Shown: piece by piece, positions 1 through 7,450 of the stretch
Numbering within the stretch: position 1 is the first letter of the stretch
Layout: the number at the start of each line of letters is the position of its first letter
DNA from: a virus
DNA: 38,533 nucleotides
Strand: one strand, 5' to 3'
Virus genome (UHGV): UHGV-0139758
Made by a program: the position numbers and the translations under genes
Notes under the pieces: generated by a model
Databases searched by the model: none
What the model saw: the letters and a program-made list of their open reading frames with translations, nothing else
Told to the model about the DNA's origin: nothing

Positions 1-87
1 TATTTCTTGTTAAAATACTAATAAGAAGTACGACTGTTGGTATACATGTTTTTTTGAAATATTGAATACCAAATTGAATACCAAATT

Positions 88-1230
88 TTAAAAATTAGCA
101 TAATTTGACAACTTATCAATTGCTTTTCTTTCAGAAGACTTGGTTACATGAGTGTAAATATCCATCGTGGTATTAACGTTAGTGTGGCCAAGTCTTTTCT
201 GCACATCTTTAATTGTAGCTCCCGATTCGAATAACAAAGAAGCATGAGTATGTCTAAATGAGTGAGGGGATAGAGATGTTTTCATTTCCGATGACAAAAG
301 AAAATTAATGTGTTCTGGATAATGTAAAGTGTTATTCTTTCTATGAAAAATAAGCTGTTTATCATTACTTTTAGTTTTAAAACCATATTTTAACAATTCT
401 TGCTTTTGATGTTTTTTCCAGACAATTAATTCAGATACAGTTGTATCATCAAGGCCTATGGTTCTATTAGAAGCTTTTGTCTTAGGAGTCGATATAATGT
501 ATTCCTTGCCTATTCTTGTAAGTGTTTTATTTACGGTTAATTGTTTGTATGAAATGTTAATATCTTCCCATGTTAAGGCGTATAATTCTCCTTTTCTGAT
601 TCCTGTAAATGCTAAGACACGGAATATTAAATAGTCTTGAAAGTTTAGTGTTTCTTTCGCTTCCGCAAGAAAATCTTTTAGTTCGGATAGTTCTAAAAAC
701 TGTTTCTTTTTTGTTTCATTTGTTTTATCTTTTTTTGGCATTACAACATATTGCATGGGGTTAATATCTATAATATCCTGAGCAACAGCATAGTGTAACA
801 TTTTTTGGGTTATTGATTTTAGTAGATGAAATGCTGAATATTCTTTACTCCATTTATTGACCGCTTTTTGACACATTAGTTTTGTTAATTTATTAATTTT
901 AATGTTGCCAAACTCTGGCAAGATGTGAAGCCTAAACATACGCTCTGTATGGCCTGCTGTGATAGGTTTAACTGTATTTACATATTGGGCATACCAAAGC
1001 TCGTATACGTCTTTAAACGTGCTGTAATTCTGTTTTACGAAACCTTTGGAATCCACTTCAAGTTCTAGCCTAGATAATGCCAACTTTGCTTCTTTCTGTG
1101 TTCTAAAACCACGACGTGTGGTGCGTCTGCTTTTACCCGTTACTGGATCAACACCTAAATACGCGTTGAACATATAGGCTGTTGATCCATCTTTTTTTGT
1201 ATATTTTTTTATTGAAGCCATATCTAGCAA
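88..1230 (-). CDS. int: Tyrosine recombinase / phage integrase
   Basis: 380-aa ORF at the prophage edge. The C-terminal catalytic region is typical of XerC/phage integrases: HSFRHTHASLL (HxxR) and GHTNVNTTMDIYTHV (catalytic Tyr). The N-terminal SAM-like and core-binding region are present. Confidence 0.9.
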   Translation of the reverse strand: MLDMASIKKYTKKDGSTAYMFNAYLGVDPVTGKSRRTTRRGFRTQKEAKLALSRLELEVDSKGFVKQNYSTFKDVYELWYAQYVNTVKPITAGHTERMFRLHILPEFGNIKINKLTKLMCQKAVNKWSKEYSAFHLLKSITQKMLHYAVAQDIIDINPMQYVVMPKKDKTNETKKKQFLELSELKDFLAEAKETLNFQDYLIFRVLAFTGIRKGELYALTWEDINISYKQLTVNKTLTRIGKEYIISTPKTKASNRTIGLDDTTVSELIVWKKHQKQELLKYGFKTKSNDKQLIFHRKNNTLHYPEHINFLLSSEMKTSLSPHSFRHTHASLLFESGATIKDVQKRLGHTNVNTTMDIYTHVTKSSERKAIDKLSNYANF

Positions 1231-1282
1231 CTCCTTTATTCAAATTTCATTGTGGAAATATTATCTAAAAATATTTCTAATC

Positions 1283-1450
1283 TTACTCTCCAATATCTTT
1301 TAGTTGTAAAAATAATTTGGCATAGTCGAATTTTAGCTCTTGATACTCTTCTTCAGTGAATCTATAACTTGGACCAGTACGAAGGTTTAAGTGTATATAG
1401 TCAATGTTCAATTCTTCGCATAATCGTTTTTCTACTTCATATTTATTCAT
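1283..1450 (-). CDS. Small hypothetical protein (55 aa) between int and the DUF4352-like gene
   Basis: Not in the ORF track because it is under 60 aa. The ATG is preceded by a GGAGG RBS at a 7-nt spacer (reverse complement of 1457-1462). Translation: MNKYEVEKRLCEELNIDYIHLNLRTGPSYRFTEEEYQELKFDYAKLFLQLKDIGE. Confidence 0.4.
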   Translation of the reverse strand: MNKYEVEKRLCEELNIDYIHLNLRTGPSYRFTEEEYQELKFDYAKLFLQLKDIGE

Positions 1451-1484
1451 ATTGATCCTCCTTGGGGAATGTATGTTCTTGTGT

Positions 1485-1510
1485 GGCTGAAAAGAAAAGC
1501 CCGAAGGCTA
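1485..1510 (-). terminator. Intrinsic terminator downstream of the 1515..2105 gene
   Basis: Hairpin AGCC-cgaa-GGCT at 1498-1509, followed on the minus strand by the U-rich run gcuuuucuuuuc. Confidence 0.45.
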
Positions 1511-1514
1511 ATCT

Positions 1515-2105
1515 TTATACTGTTGCTTTGAATTTTGCAGCTTTTTCAAATGATACAATAGGGCTAAATTGAATTTCTATTTCTCCAGGTTGATTTAACC
1601 CGAAGTGGGCAATACAGTCCATTTCTTTTCCAGAAGCTACCGATCCCATCGTGTTGTCATTCGGATACGTTTCGGCTTTTTTGTTATCAGAGCCGTATAC
1701 TTCAATATCCATACCCACTGGAATATCTTTATCGCCGTTGTTTTTAACAATATATGAAACTTTAACAACCTGTGCAGGTTGTTTTTCAGTAAATTCATTA
1801 CGTTCTTCTGTAAGTTCCACTCCCGTTAGGGTATATTCTGCATTTCCTACTTTGACTGTATCGCCGATATTATAAAATTTATTTTCCTCTTTTTTATCTT
1901 TTGATTTTGAATTTTTGCTTGTTGATGATTGATTAACTTTTTCTCCACCGTTAGAAGAATCTTTTTTGTCATTACCACCAAGCGATCCTCCAATAATTAT
2001 TAAAACAATAACAGCCAATACCCAAAACCAAATTTTTTTATAAAAAGGTTTTTTCTCTTTCATAGTATAAGTTTTACCGTCTTCGCCTATCACTTTTTTT
2101 GCCAT
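1515..2105 (-). CDS. Membrane-anchored secreted protein, DUF4352-like; possible superinfection-exclusion or moron protein
   Basis: N-terminal transmembrane helix (IWFWVLAVIVLIIIGGSLGG), then a Lys/Ser-rich linker and a beta-rich C-terminal domain. This sits between int and cI, which is a common slot for immunity or exclusion genes. The family call is from memory. Confidence 0.55.
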   Translation of the reverse strand: MAKKVIGEDGKTYTMKEKKPFYKKIWFWVLAVIVLIIIGGSLGGNDKKDSSNGGEKVNQSSTSKNSKSKDKKEENKFYNIGDTVKVGNAEYTLTGVELTEERNEFTEKQPAQVVKVSYIVKNNGDKDIPVGMDIEVYGSDNKKAETYPNDNTMGSVASGKEMDCIAHFGLNQPGEIEIQFSPIVSFEKAAKFKATV

Positions 2106-2162
2106 TTTTTCTCCTCTTTCTGATATAATTTTTTTATACTCATAGCTCTCTATAAGAGAAAT

Positions 2163-2189
2163 GCCCGTGTTAGCGCACGGGACTTTTTA
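2163..2189 (-). terminator. Intrinsic terminator immediately after the cI stop codon
   Basis: Stem CCCGTG (2164-2169) and CACGGG (2176-2181) with flanking A/T runs on both strands. Confidence 0.6.
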
Positions 2190-2915
2190 TATAATTACAC
2201 GTCCGATTACATATAGATCATCTAATTCGTCAGCGTAAAAATCAGGATATAATCGATTTCCATCTTCATCTAATTCGGTATTTAGAGACACCAAACGTAG
2301 CCTAGTTCCTTCTAGGTACATTTTTTTAATAAATGCTTCGCCATTTATTTCAATTGCCCCAATCTGTCCATTATAGATATCCATAGTTTCTTTTACAAAA
2401 ACAATTTCACCATCTTGAAAAGTAGGGTACATACTGTCTCCACAAACTTGGAATGCTAAATCATACTGCGAAGGAGCTGAGCCTACTTCAACAATTTCTA
2501 TACAACCTTTGTCATTAAATGCACCTCCACCAGCTGATAATCTGCCTGAAAGTTCTATAGTAGTTGTATTTGTTGGCATGAAAGCAATAACTTTATTATT
2601 AGATGTATTTCTTTTTTGCTCTTCTAATTGATGCTCGGCATACCTACATACTTTCTGCTTTCTTGTAGTATCTAACTTATTATAGATAGCTTCTATCGAA
2701 GAAAAATCATTCGAAGTGTTCCAGCCCATCAATTCTTCGGGAGTTGTTTTTAGAATTTTAGCAATAGTTATCAATCTCTCTGTAGGTAGTTTTTCGATAT
2801 CGCCTTTTTCATATCTAAAAATTGTTGAACGTGATACACCAAGTTCATTAGCGATTTTATCAGCGCTAATATTCAATTCTTTTCTTCTTAATTTCATGCG
2901 TTCGCCTACATTCAT
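2187..2915 (-). CDS. cI: CI-like prophage repressor (XRE HTH plus S24 LexA-like peptidase domain)
   Basis: Start placed at the internal ATG (MNVGERMKL...), which has a GGAGGTG RBS at a 5-nt spacer; the upstream extension in the track has no RBS. N-terminal HTH: LGVSRSTIFRYEKG. C-terminal autoproteolysis domain has the Ser motif GDSMYPTF and a downstream Lys (FIKKMY). Confidence 0.85.
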   Translation of the reverse strand: MNVGERMKLRRKELNISADKIANELGVSRSTIFRYEKGDIEKLPTERLITIAKILKTTPEELMGWNTSNDFSSIEAIYNKLDTTRKQKVCRYAEHQLEEQKRNTSNNKVIAFMPTNTTTIELSGRLSAGGGAFNDKGCIEIVEVGSAPSQYDLAFQVCGDSMYPTFQDGEIVFVKETMDIYNGQIGAIEINGEAFIKKMYLEGTRLRLVSLNTELDEDGNRLYPDFYADELDDLYVIGRVII

Positions 2916-2934
2916 TTTATCACCTCCAATAATT

Positions 2935-3047
2935 ATTATATATTGCATGTTGCATAATTGCAACAAAAATAATTGCATAAATGCAACTTTTTTGTTGACT
3001 GATAACATTCAAGGTGGTATATTACAAATATCAAGTCGCATAAATGC
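2935..3047. promoter_or_regulatory. Divergent cI/cro promoter region with three palindromic operators
   Basis: Rightward promoter: -35 TTGACT (2995-3000), 17-nt spacer, -10 TATATT (3018-3023). Leftward promoter on the minus strand: -35 TTGCAA (reverse complement of 2958-2963), 17 nt, -10 TATAAT (reverse complement of 2935-2940). Operators: TTGCATgTTGCATAATTGCAA (2943-2963), TTGCATAAATGCAA (2973-2986, a perfect 14-bp palindrome), and GCATAAATGC (3038-3047, downstream of the rightward -10). Confidence 0.7.
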
Positions 3048-3069
3048 GATTTTAGAGAGAGGTGTTATA

Positions 3070-3333
3070 ATGATTAATGTTGCTAAATTAAAAGGCCTAA
3101 TTGTTGAAAGAGGAACGACCCAACAAGCTGTAGCTGATTCTATTGGTATAGACAGAAGTACTTTCTACAGAAAAATGAAAAAAGGTGGAGATTTTTCTAT
3201 AGAAGAGGCAAAAGGCATTAAAGAACAGATTCCGTTATCAGATGCAGAAGCGATAGAAATTTTTTTTGGTAAAGAAGTCGCATTTACGCTACAAAGAAAA
3301 GGTTTAGGGGTGGGAACTGATGACCACGTTTGA
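3070..3333 (+). CDS. cro: Cro-like HTH (XRE family) transcriptional regulator
   Basis: Start at the ATG at 3070 (MINVAKLKGL...), with an AGAGAGAGG RBS upstream. The HTH is QQAVADSIGIDRSTFYRKMK. It is transcribed divergently from cI. Confidence 0.7.
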   Translation: MINVAKLKGLIVERGTTQQAVADSIGIDRSTFYRKMKKGGDFSIEEAKGIKEQIPLSDAEAIEIFFGKEVAFTLQRKGLGVGTDDHV

Positions 3334-3616
3334 AGAAGCGCTAAAACCATTGTTTGATCAGTGGTTAGAGGAAGCATTGCCAGAAATAGGGTGTAGGTTT
3401 AGACAGGAGATTGAATTGGAGCTAGATGCTAAAAACCAACAAACATTATTCAATCAAACGGAAATGGCGAAACGGCAAGGTGTTTCTGTAGAAACATTTA
3501 GAAAATGGCGGAAAGCTGGCTTGCAAGCAGAACCTAATCCTACTGGTAAATTGTTATTTGATTTAAATAAAGTTAATAACTGGCGAAAAGATAATGCTGC
3601 TAAGAAAGAACTTTAA
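3320..3616 (+). CDS. HTH DNA-binding protein; excisionase or regulator candidate
   Basis: 98 aa. The C-terminal half carries a MerR/Xis-like HTH: TEMAKRQGVSVETFRKWRKAGL. Confidence 0.45.
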   Translation: MTTFEEALKPLFDQWLEEALPEIGCRFRQEIELELDAKNQQTLFNQTEMAKRQGVSVETFRKWRKAGLQAEPNPTGKLLFDLNKVNNWRKDNAAKKEL

Positions 3617-3635
3617 CTAGATAAGGAGGCAGAAC

Positions 3636-3806
3636 ATGAATAAAAATAATGTAAAGCAAGACTTAACCACTCAAGAAATTGCAAAATTGATTATGGAAAT
3701 CAAACTTGGAATTTTACAACAATTAGAAAAAGCGCTTGACCAGGCTATAAAAGAGAAAAACTCCACAATGGTTGCAGCCATTGCAGAGATTTTGAAAAGT
3801 TATTGA
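3636..3806 (+). CDS. Small hypothetical protein (56 aa)
   Basis: ATG at 3636 with an AAGGAGG RBS at 3623-3629. Translation: MNKNNVKQDLTTQEIAKLIMEIKLGILQQLEKALDQAIKEKNSTMVAAIAEILKSY. Absent from the ORF track only because it is under 60 aa. Confidence 0.5.
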   Translation: MNKNNVKQDLTTQEIAKLIMEIKLGILQQLEKALDQAIKEKNSTMVAAIAEILKSY

Positions 3807-4024
3807 TTTTCATTTGTTAAATTTTCAGGCAATTCGTTATTTGTAATAGTCTTGAAAAAGTCTAGATAGGCTTGAGCAACTTCTTTAGTTGTAACAGGAT
3901 TACCTTTCACAGAAGTTCGGCCAATTTCATTTGATATTTCAGAATTATGTGCTAACCATGCGACTACAAGGTCAACAGCTAATTCGTTTTTTCTTTTATT
4001 AGTCTGTTCCAATATTTTCACCAC
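3800..4024 (-). CDS. Hypothetical reverse-strand moron (74 aa)
   Basis: ORF on the opposite strand to the early operon. It is followed by copy 1 of the conserved re-start element. Confidence 0.45.
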   Translation of the reverse strand: MVKILEQTNKRKNELAVDLVVAWLAHNSEISNEIGRTSVKGNPVTTKEVAQAYLDFFKTITNNELPENLTNENQ

Positions 4025-4030
4025 CTTATG

Positions 4031-4087
4031 AATTATTTCAGCAGACCATTTGCTGATAAGAAAATTATACCAGAAAGGAAATAAACA
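4031..4087 (+). promoter_or_regulatory. Conserved promoter/RBS-like element, copy 1 (TTATTTCAGCAGACCAyTTGCTGATAA...AATTATACCAGAAAGGAA)
   Basis: Near-identical to 6153-6213 and, over its 3' half, to 4541-4572. In all three cases it follows a minus-strand gene and ends in an AAAGGAA RBS just before an ATG. Confidence 0.5.
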
Positions 4088-4304
4088 AATGAGTGAATTA
4101 AAACCATACTATGCAGAAATGTCTAAAGAAGAGTTAATCAAAATAATTGAGCATCAACATCAGGAACTTCTAATTATTGATGCGATAAAAAATGAATACA
4201 AAAAGCATTTAGAGCAAGTGATTGTTTATCATTCAGTAGAAAATTATCGTGATACAGTCCGAAAAAATAGAGAAGTAGCTGTAACTACTCCTCAAAAAAA
4301 CTAA
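4088..4304 (+). CDS. Small hypothetical protein (72 aa) with a C-terminal REVAxTTPQ motif
   Basis: ATG at 4088 with an AAAGGAA RBS; the track's TTG start at 4050 lies inside the conserved upstream element. The C-terminus RKNREVAVTTPQKN is paralogous to the C-terminus of the 5674..5856 product. Confidence 0.55.
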
Positions 4305-4519
4305 CCGTGATGACAAGGTTTACAACAATAATAACAACCATCGAACTTAAACCCTCTGCCAGCGTTGGCTTCTTCAAGCGACTGAATAGCTGCATGGCAA
4401 GAAGAATATTCGCCCACTACCAATTGTCGTTCTGTAGATGGTAGGTATTTACATGTTGAAACATGCACTTCGTGTAACCCCTTATCGTCTGCTTGTTTGT
4501 TACAAATATAAGTAAACAT
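4301..4519 (-). CDS. Cys/His-rich small protein (72 aa), probable zinc-binding
   Basis: Start at the internal ATG (MFTYICNK...), which has a GAGGTG RBS. The C-terminus is GCYYCCKPCHHG, with further Cys and His at C6, H16/H18, C23 and C41/H42. Confidence 0.5.
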   Translation of the reverse strand: MFTYICNKQADDKGLHEVHVSTCKYLPSTERQLVVGEYSSCHAAIQSLEEANAGRGFKFDGCYYCCKPCHHG

Positions 4520-4540
4520 AATATTTTTCACCTCGCTTTC

Positions 4541-4572
4541 AAAATAATTATACCAGAAAGGAAGTAAACCAA
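4541..4572 (+). promoter_or_regulatory. Conserved element, copy 2 (short form AAAATAATTATACCAGAAAGGAAGTAAAC)
   Basis: Shares the ATTATACCAGAAAGGAA core with copies 1 and 3 and sits directly upstream of the Rha gene ATG at 4573. Confidence 0.45.
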
Positions 4573-5283
4573 ATGACAAATTTAGTAATTATGAAAAACC
4601 AGCAAGCAGTAACAAGTAGTTTACAAGTTGCAGAAACTTTCGGAAAAGAACACAAAGTTGTTCTAAAAGCCATTGATGAATTAAAAGAGGGGGTGGCACA
4701 AAATTATGCCGACCTATTTTACGAAGATACCTACATTCATCCACAAAACAAACAATCTTATCGCCAAGTTATTATGAATCGCGACGGCTTCACTTTGTTA
4801 GCAATGGGGTTCACTGGTCAAAAAGCTTTGCAATTTAAATTGAAATATATTGAAGCTTTTAATCAAATGGAAAAAGAAATTCAACAGCCTAAACTTCCAA
4901 CCTCGCAAAGACAATTGGCGATGCTTGCTTTATCAGCAAATGAAGAAACAAATGAGCGTGTAGATGTAATTGAAAAAGAAGTAGCCGACTTAAAAGACAA
5001 TCAAAAAATCGGTGCAGATGATTATGGCTACTTATCACGTCGAGTTCATCAACGAGTAGCAGAAGTTGCAAGAGGATTTGGAAAAATCACAAAGGAACAG
5101 CGTGGCAAGCTTTACAAAGATATTAATTCAGGTATTAAGCAAATCACAGGTGTGGGTACCCGATCACAATTAAGAGAAAAACATTATCCAATGGTAATTG
5201 AGTATATCAATGACTGGGAGCCGTCTACAGCCACAAAAACAGTTGTAAGACAAATGAGTTTTGACTTAAATGACATAGCGTAG
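4573..5283 (+). CDS. Phage regulatory protein Rha family (antirepressor-like)
   Basis: The N-terminus MTNLVIMKNQQAVTSSLQVAETFGKEHKVVLKAIDEL matches the Rha/ORF6N signature from memory. The C-terminal region is coiled-coil-like. Confidence 0.7.
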   Translation: MTNLVIMKNQQAVTSSLQVAETFGKEHKVVLKAIDELKEGVAQNYADLFYEDTYIHPQNKQSYRQVIMNRDGFTLLAMGFTGQKALQFKLKYIEAFNQMEKEIQQPKLPTSQRQLAMLALSANEETNERVDVIEKEVADLKDNQKIGADDYGYLSRRVHQRVAEVARGFGKITKEQRGKLYKDINSGIKQITGVGTRSQLREKHYPMVIEYINDWEPSTATKTVVRQMSFDLNDIA

Positions 5284-5293
5284 GGAGAATGTT

Positions 5294-5479
5294 ATGGCTT
5301 ATACAACTGAACAAGAAAGCTGGATACTCAACCAAATCAAAAAAGAGCGTAAACAGCTACAAGATGATAGAGCAGCGCTTAGACAATCAGAACAACTGAC
5401 CGAAGGAAAAGCATATCAAATTGAAAAAGAACTCGAATTTTTAAGATATTTAGAAATTCAAAATAGAATCCATGTGTAG
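5294..5479 (+). CDS. Small hypothetical protein (61 aa)
   Basis: ATG with a GGGAGA RBS. Charged, coiled-coil-like sequence. Confidence 0.4.
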   Translation: MAYTTEQESWILNQIKKERKQLQDDRAALRQSEQLTEGKAYQIEKELEFLRYLEIQNRIHV

Positions 5480-5489
5480 GAGGTTAATC

Positions 5490-5696
5490 ATGAAAGCAAT
5501 ACGTGAAGCACGATTGATAGGGATGTTTTTATTGATGATAGCGCTAGGTACATTGTTGAAAAGTCACTTTTCAATGTCAGTGTTAGCAACATTAAGCGTT
5601 CCATTCTTTATCCATTGGTTCTTCAATTGGGATGAAGCGAAGTATCAATATTTTGAAAAAAAGGGGTTAAGAAATGACAAGAAAAGACAAAGATGA
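5490..5696 (+). CDS. Small membrane protein (68 aa)
   Basis: ATG at 5490 with a TAGGAGG RBS. Two hydrophobic segments: IGMFLLMIALGTLL and VLATLSVPFFIHWFF. Confidence 0.45.
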   Translation: MKAIREARLIGMFLLMIALGTLLKSHFSMSVLATLSVPFFIHWFFNWDEAKYQYFEKKGLRNDKKRQR

Positions 5697-5856
5697 ACTA
5701 TTGAGAGAACAGAAAAAAACAAACGAATTGCTCCAAACTATAGTTAGTAATCAAGGGGATTTAGATCAAAAAAGAGAAGTAGCAAGAACTACTCCTCAAG
5801 ATAGCGATGGAAATATTTATAGCGTAGATGAAATTTGTATCCCAAACCTTAATTAA
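5674..5856 (+). CDS. Small hypothetical protein (60 aa) with a REVAxTTPQ motif
   Basis: AAGGGG RBS. DQKREVARTTPQDSD is paralogous to the 4088..4304 product. The DNA at 5768-5805 closely matches 4263-4300. Confidence 0.5.
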   Translation: MTRKDKDELLREQKKTNELLQTIVSNQGDLDQKREVARTTPQDSDGNIYSVDEICIPNLN

Positions 5857-6133
5857 AAATATTGTTATTAATGTATCCCCATTGTTTTTCTGTCAACCAG
5901 CCTTGTTTGTTATTGACTATTTCAACAATAAAAAATTTATCACCTTTGTCAATATAAGGCTTTAATTTGTCAATCATTTGGTTGGGTGTCAAATCAGATT
6001 TAATTAGATACGATGATTTCCAATAACAACACCAAGCACCTGTTGAAAGTTCTTCTTTGATAGTTGTTATAACCTCGTCGTATCTTTGGCCCGGACTATT
6101 CAAATCATAAGTTATCATATAAGGTTTGCGCAT
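5849..6133 (-). CDS. Hypothetical reverse-strand moron (94 aa); function unknown
   Basis: Compact ORF antisense to the early operon, followed by copy 3 of the conserved element. The hydrophobic-residue spacing (ITYDL...Y..V...I...W...SYLIKSD...IDKGDKFFIVEI) loosely resembles small ferredoxin-fold nucleases of the Cas2/VapD type. That resemblance is weak and unverified. Confidence 0.45.
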   Translation of the reverse strand: MRKPYMITYDLNSPGQRYDEVITTIKEELSTGAWCCYWKSSYLIKSDLTPNQMIDKLKPYIDKGDKFFIVEIVNNKQGWLTEKQWGYINNNIFN

Positions 6134-6152
6134 CTGTAGGTACCTCCTTCTT

Positions 6153-6213
6153 AATTATTTCAGCAGACCACTTGCTGATAAATAATATTATACCAGAGAA
6201 AGGAATAAAAAGA
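6153..6213 (+). promoter_or_regulatory. Conserved element, copy 3
   Basis: TTAATTATTTCAGCAGACCACTTGCTGATAAATAATATTATACCAGAGAAAGGAATAAAAAGA, about 85% identical to copy 1, ending in an RBS before the ATG at 6214. Confidence 0.5.
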
Positions 6214-6339
6214 ATGACCAGAATAGAAAAACTAGAGCAAACGAAAAAACTTGCTGATTTATGGTACCAGCAACAAAAAAATCAAATATACATTATTCAA
6301 CAAAAAGAGAGAAGGAAATTTAGATGTTTAAAGCAGTAG
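6214..6339 (+). CDS. Very small ORF (41 aa) downstream of conserved element copy 3
   Basis: The ATG sits at the same position relative to the element as the genes after copies 1 and 2. Translation: MTRIEKLEQTKKLADLWYQQQKNQIYIIQQKERRKFRCLKQ. Confidence 0.3.
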   Translation: MTRIEKLEQTKKLADLWYQQQKNQIYIIQQKERRKFRCLKQ

Positions 6340-6479
6340 GAAAAGATAGTTTGAAAATTTACGTGGTTGAGGATACGAAAGCCCTGGTATTTCAAAAGCT
6401 TAAAGAAAAATATCCAGGCACTGCGATAAATAAGGCAGTATTTCCAGAAGCGTTATTTATCCAAGAAACAAAAAAGTGA
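6324..6479 (+). CDS. Small ORF (51 aa)
   Basis: ATG with a GAAGGAAA RBS. Translation: MFKAVGKDSLKIYVVEDTKALVFQKLKEKYPGTAINKAVFPEALFIQETKK. Confidence 0.35.
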   Translation: MFKAVGKDSLKIYVVEDTKALVFQKLKEKYPGTAINKAVFPEALFIQETKK

Positions 6480-6535
6480 CTTCCGCCGGCAAGCAAAAAG
6501 TCACAAACAAAATTAATTGATAGGAGAATTATAGC

Positions 6536-6772
6536 ATGAGAGTGGAAGTGGATTCAATGCAAAGAATTGTCTTAATTGATAATCATTCACCTTATGGATC
6601 ACTGATTTTTGAAAAGGATGCTATTAATAATCATGTTGCTGTTTACCAAGATAGCGAAGATGAAGAAGTTAGAACAGTATTCGAGAGTTTAGATGAAAGT
6701 GCTTATTTTAATCAACTTGAATTAATCAAAGGACTTCAAAAAGTTATTTCATTACTGAAAGAAGGGGAATAA
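6536..6772 (+). CDS. Hypothetical protein (78 aa)
   Basis: Acidic protein with a TAGGAGAA RBS, immediately upstream of the ERF gene. Confidence 0.5.
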   Translation: MRVEVDSMQRIVLIDNHSPYGSLIFEKDAINNHVAVYQDSEDEEVRTVFESLDESAYFNQLELIKGLQKVISLLKEGE

Positions 6773-7450
6773 ATGAACGAGAACAGTGAAAATTTAAAAG
6801 AATTGTTTGATGGGATGTATAAGCTAAAAAGCAAATTAATTCAACCAAGATTTGACGCAGAAGTGGCCTACTCAACGAAAAAAGGTCCAATGAATTTCCA
6901 ATATGCAACTCTAAAAGTGATTGAAGAAGCAATTAGAAAAGCTGCACAAGAATCCGAAAGCGGAATTGATTTTCAACAAAATGTCGTCAATGAGAATAAT
7001 GCGTTAAAAGTCACAACAATTATTACTCATGTTAGCGGTCAATATATAGTTCATGGACCTTTTGAATTTCCAAACAGCGGGACAAATCCTCAAGGATTAG
7101 GAAGTTTAACGACATATGCAAGACGTTACTCGCTTTCGGCAGCGTTTGGAATTGCAGCAGATAAAGACGACGATGGCCAAACGGCAGCTGAAAAGAACAA
7201 TGATACATCGAAAGTTAATTTGATTAGCGGTAAACAGTTAGCCACGTTAAACGATCATATCAGACAACTTTCTGAGTTATCGAATTCTGAACTTGACTAT
7301 GTGCGGAATGAACTAAGTAAAGAATTGAATGTTGATGTCAATGAAAACATGCCGTCTAGTATGTTCAATAAAGCTGTTGAAGTTCTGAAACAATGGATAC
7401 AACAATTCCAGCCACAACCAGAAGAAAACATTACATGGGGGCAAAGCTAA
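6773..7450 (+). CDS. erf: ERF-family single-strand annealing (recombination) protein
   Basis: 225 aa. Conserved ERF-like core: FQYATLKVIEEAIRKA ... ITHVSGQYI ... TYARRYSLSAAFGIA. It is followed by a DUF1351 gene, as is usual in Firmicute siphophages. Confidence 0.7.
   Translation: MNENSENLKELFDGMYKLKSKLIQPRFDAEVAYSTKKGPMNFQYATLKVIEEAIRKAAQESESGIDFQQNVVNENNALKVTTIITHVSGQYIVHGPFEFPNSGTNPQGLGSLTTYARRYSLSAAFGIAADKDDDGQTAAEKNNDTSKVNLISGKQLATLNDHIRQLSELSNSELDYVRNELSKELNVDVNENMPSSMFNKAVEVLKQWIQQFQPQPEENITWGQS

Noticed and set aside
62-85. TTGAATACCA shared by the left edge (two tandem copies) and the right edge (38422-38431) as attL/attR cores
   Set aside because: A 10-mer match is expected by chance many times in a 38-kb AT-rich sequence, so no att core can be defined from it. 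It is mentioned only as a weak candidate.
1466-1479. A statistically significant SOS regulon from the duplicated 14-mer GAATGTATGTTCTT
   Set aside because: One extra occurrence of a 14-mer in 38 kb is within chance expectation, and the left copy lacks an obvious overlapping promoter. It is kept only as a low-confidence hypothesis tied to the right-edge promoter.
2916-3008. N-terminal extension of the repressor ORF (MLSVNKKVAFMQLF...) and the long track ORF 2716-3333 spanning the cI/cro intergenic region
   Set aside because: Both run through the operator/promoter region without an RBS. The internal ATGs at 2915 (cI, minus strand) and 3070 (cro) each have a good Shine-Dalgarno sequence.
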